Positions 60,328-64,000 of a stretch of DNA of 64,000 nucleotides are shown one piece after another. Origin of the DNA: Polymyxa betae A26-41 (lineage: Eukaryota > Protista > Endomyxa: Phytomyxea); the NCBI GenBank assembly GCA_003693705.1, contig RBZT01000419.1:126923-190922 (forward strand), given 5' to 3'. Position 1 is the stretch's first letter, and every line of letters starts with the position of its first letter. The position numbers were made by a program, and so were the translations under genes. Under the pieces are notes generated by a model. It was not told the DNA's origin. It was given only the letters and a program-made list of their open reading frames with translations, and made no database searches.

Positions 60328-62770
60328 ATGCTGTCATCTGACGACAACGAACATAAACCAATAGAATCCGAAGTTGCATTTCTGCAAAGGGCTATCGATG
60401 ATCGGATAATACTTTCTGTTCGTGATCTGGAAGTAGTCAAGAATGAAATGAGAAATCGAATCCAAGAATACCGGAAAAAACTAGTTAAAGTGAAATCGTT
60501 TGGCTGAATTATAATGCAACTAAGTATTTTAAATGGGTTGTTCAGCAAACAGACTTGATCGGCAAATTACAAAATGAGAACAAGAAGTTGCAAGGTCTAG
60601 TTCAAGAATTAACAGAAGCCAAGAATACACCAGCTATGAACGATACGTATGCAGTATTGAAATTACTACCTGCATTAAATCAAGACCAAACTACACCTGA
60701 CGTTGAGGGCGAAAGAAGACGAGCTGAATTAAGTATGCACACATATGAATAAGGTCATAATGATAAGTGCCTACTGAATTAATCACTGTAGGGAAGGAGC
60801 TTCTAGCTGGCTTAGAACTAATTGCAGAAGATGATGACGTCCAACTTAATGATGATGCAGGCAGACACACAAATGAATCTTTAATCAACAGAATTGTTGC
60901 TCGAGTTAATGTCATCATCGACTTGCTGGATCCATTTCGTCGTGATCTTAGGTCGTCTTGTATTTAAATTGGACTCATGTCTGAACTGAGTATGTATGCA
61001 GCTTTGTATGGTCACGATATGGATCAGGAGTCAGCTCAGTCTTCAGTCTGCTGAAATCGGCATGTCTAACTTGCCTGATCTATATGATTATCTGGGGATC
61101 AATTCTGATTAAGATCCGGTTGGAGCAGAGATCTAGCGATCTATTGGACTTGGTGAGTTGCTTGCATGCTTGCATGTATGATGTAATATAATGATATTTA
61201 GAGTGGAGTATTGCCTAGCTGGACTCTATATAGTCATTATCCAGTATCTAGTGCTGTTATCTACACTGCTTCTCTCATACTCTGTATGATTATTTCTACT
61301 ATAGCGGCTTTATATAAGACCATATCTGATCATAAGAATAGCATTGAGCAGCAGTTCACTGAAACCAAACATCACCAGTTCACATCGGCATTAGCATCGC
61401 TGTGGGATTACACAATCAAAGACCAGGCACATGCAAATGATAAGAGGCACAGTGTAGCAGCTCAACTCAGCCAGCTATTAACTGATGATCAACTACAGCA
61501 GAATATTAGATCAAGGACTACACGAGACATTATCATACTCTGGTCACGACGTTTTACTGGTCTACTTATCAATCTGCTATGTCTGTTTGGGTCCTGGGTT
61601 GCTATCATCTACCTTACTGTACAGAAAGATGATCTATTCCCGACGCTTCCTGCTTCAGTATGAATTCAGATATCAGCCGTTAAACCCAGATACAAACTCC
61701 TCTCTTTAGATTCAATCGCTTGCTGCTCCAATCGCCACAAGTATCATTGGAACTCTCTTACCTACCATTACATTTGCTTTAACAGAGTTTGAACGTTGGG
61801 ATGATCCTGGCACACTAGTCAGACATCAGGTACTACTAAGTTCTTGGTTTTTTAAGTTTGTCCATATCATTCAGATTGCAACCAGATTTGGAGACTATAC
61901 GCAGGAAGACAATTGAATATTCTAATCAATGTGATCTCCTACTTCTCAATGGCTAAGCAGAAAGCTGTTATTGATATTTTAAAAAATCCAGCTACTTTTG
62001 ATAGTAAATTTCAATGTGGTACCGATGCAGCTGGAGCAGGCATGTTTTATCTGATTCTATCCGAATTTTTCGTCAGTAAATCCGTAATGCTGTTGATGTA
62101 TATCGGTGGTAAACTATTTGATCTGAAGCAATCTCCATATAGTATCAGTGAAAGCATAATTGAGATTCTATATTTCCAGTCATTAATCTGGGTCTCTCTG
62201 CCCTTATATCCAGCTGGCTCTGTTATATCAGTAGCTTTTCTTTTTGCTAACTTCAAGTTTGAAAGGATTAAGCTGACACTGTTTCGGGTATTTTCGTCTT
62301 ATCGAGCTGATACAGAAGATTGACATTGTTTCTCGTAGGCGCCTCCAACCGAAATTTCGTCATCTACCAATAGCACGTCACGATTTTTGAATTTAATCAA
62401 TAATATTACATTGATGTCATGCTTGTTTTCACATATCTATTTTTTAAATACACCATGGACATGCTCGGAAGCTGGTCCATATCAGGATACCAGAGATAAT
62501 ATTCCTATCAATTCCTTATCACAATATGCTTCTGCTTCTGTTATTTTAACCCTCATTTACAATGTCATTACTGCAGGGCTCCTGTATCTTGTTATTGCAA
62601 TCATCCTCCTAGTTCTTTGGAGATTATCTCAGATCAGGCTGGCTACAGTTGAATTAGTTCTGAATATTAGCAGATTGCAACACGCACGAGATATCAATAA
62701 TCTACTGGCTGAGATTGACAAGAAGAATAAGATTATTGCTGCCCAGAAAAGGGCGGCAAGTATTGGATAA
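60328..62770 (+). CDS. Transmembrane channel-like (TMC) family protein, multi-exon
   Basis: N-terminal coiled coil; RYGSGVSSVFSLLK (cf. FGSGVASYF); SLWDY; TEFERWDDP..IWRLY; CGTDAAGAGMFYLILSEF; YSISESIIEILYFQSLIWVSLPLYP (TMC domain). Confidence 0.82.
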
Positions 62771-63141
62771 TAATACAGTATGCTACTGTAGCCTCTCTGA
62801 TCTCTTATTCACTGATCAAGATAGAGTTTCAAGGGTATCGGTTGTATGGCCTATAGCTGATTTTCTCTATAATTTTGCTGTGTTATTAATTAATACAAGA
62901 GTGTACTTTGACACTACTCAGCAGGCCTGGTCAAATTTGGTAAATAACAGGGTACAAAAAATTATATACCTATTAAAAAAAGTAAGAGCAACTCCACCGC
63001 TGGAGGCTACGGTAATTTTCGCGATTACAGTGCGGGCAGTCTTAAACCGACAACTTGTCTCAATTTTATTTTGAAAAAGAGGCTGCGCCAGAGGCCGCGC
63101 CGCTATCAATCACTCCGTATTATTGTTCATCCAGTATTTTT

Positions 63142-64000
63142 TCAGCGGTGTGAGCGGTACTTCTTTAACCTGCGCCGGTGTCAGTCGAACATCTCCCTCT
63201 TTCAAACGATAGGCGTCAATGTAGCGCTCTGATTTGCGAGCAAACCGGCGGATGCTGGATATGGACACTGTAATTAAAGCCAATGGCACCATTGTCNNNN
63301 NNNNNNNNNNNNNNNNNNNNNNNNNNNNNNNNNNNNNNNNNNNNNNNNNNNNNNNNNNNNNNNNNNNNNNNNNNNNNNNNNNNNNNNNNNNNNNNNNNNN
63401 NNNNNNNNNNNNNNNNNNNNNNNNNNNNNNNNNNNNNNNNNNNNNNNNNNNNNNNNNNNNNNNNNNNNNNNNNNTACCATAATCTGCACGACACGAGTCC
63501 CATCAGGAGCCTCAAACCAGCCATCCCGGAGTTTGCAAACATTTTTCCCTCCGTCTTTGAGATTGAGTCGGCTCGCAACCAGGGCGTTTTCAGCCATTGC
63601 ATGGTGGTTTGATGAATTATCATAAGCCACCAATGCAATGCACCCGGGATGGAGAATTTCGAATATTTTCAGCATCTTCATTGTTTGCTGAGCAAGATGC
63701 TCATTCGTAAAATATCCGTCTTTGTTTGCTCCTGGGTACATTATTACCGTGGAGTCCAATGGAATCTCCGGATTAAGCTCTGCAATTTCCTTAGGAAGAC
63801 GTAACAGTCCATGACACTGACAGAGAAAAGCAGAAACCATAATTGAAGCACCAGGTCCCTTCGGCCGGATCTCTTTTCTTGTTTTCTCTTGCCAGATTCG
63901 CCGAGAACCATCATGGGCCTGAAATATACACTCGTCCTGAGTAACGAGAACAACTTTACTCTCTTCAAGACATAATTCAGGCTGAATACAGGTTTCCATC
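63142..64000 (-). mobile_element. Degenerate DDE transposase (IS630/Tc1-like family common in fungi and protists), runs off the window
   Basis: VLVTQDECIFQAHDG, PKGPGASIMVSAFLC, DGYFTNEHL, AYDNSSNHH and IRRFARKSERYIDAY. The conserved end KKYRSHR* lies in a shifted frame. An N gap interrupts the ORF. Confidence 0.8.
63297..63474. other. Assembly gap (N run)
   Basis: Run of n bases inside the transposase. Confidence 0.99.

Noticed and set aside
63216-63638. ORFs containing X runs
   Set aside because: Artefacts of translating through the N gap.
1-64000. tRNA, rRNA or spliceosomal snRNA genes
   Set aside because: The GGTTCGA-like hits I noticed lie inside CDS without cloverleaf context, and I recognised no rRNA or snRNA signature by eye. 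tRNAscan-SE/Infernal would be needed to exclude them fully.

Overview
Gene-dense eukaryotic DNA with the standard genetic code, many short (~45-60 nt) GT-AG introns and a few GC-AG introns, and often <250 bp between genes. Axonemal genes (CFAP52, IQCA1/DRC11, a CDKL-type kinase) point to a flagellated protist. The compactness and intron style would fit a plasmodiophorid-like parasite, but that is inference only. About 27 protein genes can be assembled by eye from the ORF fragments: a Fra a 1/Mal d 1-associated-protein-like ORF, a Kv channel, a myotubularin, DnaJ-X, a large two-repeat cyclic-nucleotide-binding channel with a DEP-DEP-PH tail, RECQL4, a secreted Cys-rich protein, Yip1, CFAP52, a stand-alone Par3/HAL N-terminal domain, a ZNFX1-type helicase fused to an RBR-like E3 module, IQCA1, a WD40 protein, CDC50, mago nashi, a CDKL kinase, RPC6, a divergent presenilin, an F-box/LRR protein, FAM114-like, RFT1, RER1, FAM177-like, an O-fucosyltransferase-family gene and a TMC-like channel. 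Non-coding and mobile DNA: a 2x155 bp duplication, a 6x25 bp array that overlaps a stop codon, a ~510 bp MITE-like element, a higher-order minisatellite and a frameshifted DDE transposase next to an N gap. The best candidates for undescribed biology are (i) the two-repeat channel with non-canonical pores fused to DEP-DEP-PH, (ii) the ZNFX1 helicase fused to a RING1-Rcat E3 that lacks an IBR, and (iii) a presenilin that keeps both aspartates but has lost GxGD and PAL. No tRNA, rRNA or CRISPR was found. Exon boundaries and family calls were made by eye and from memory of family motifs, with no database searches.
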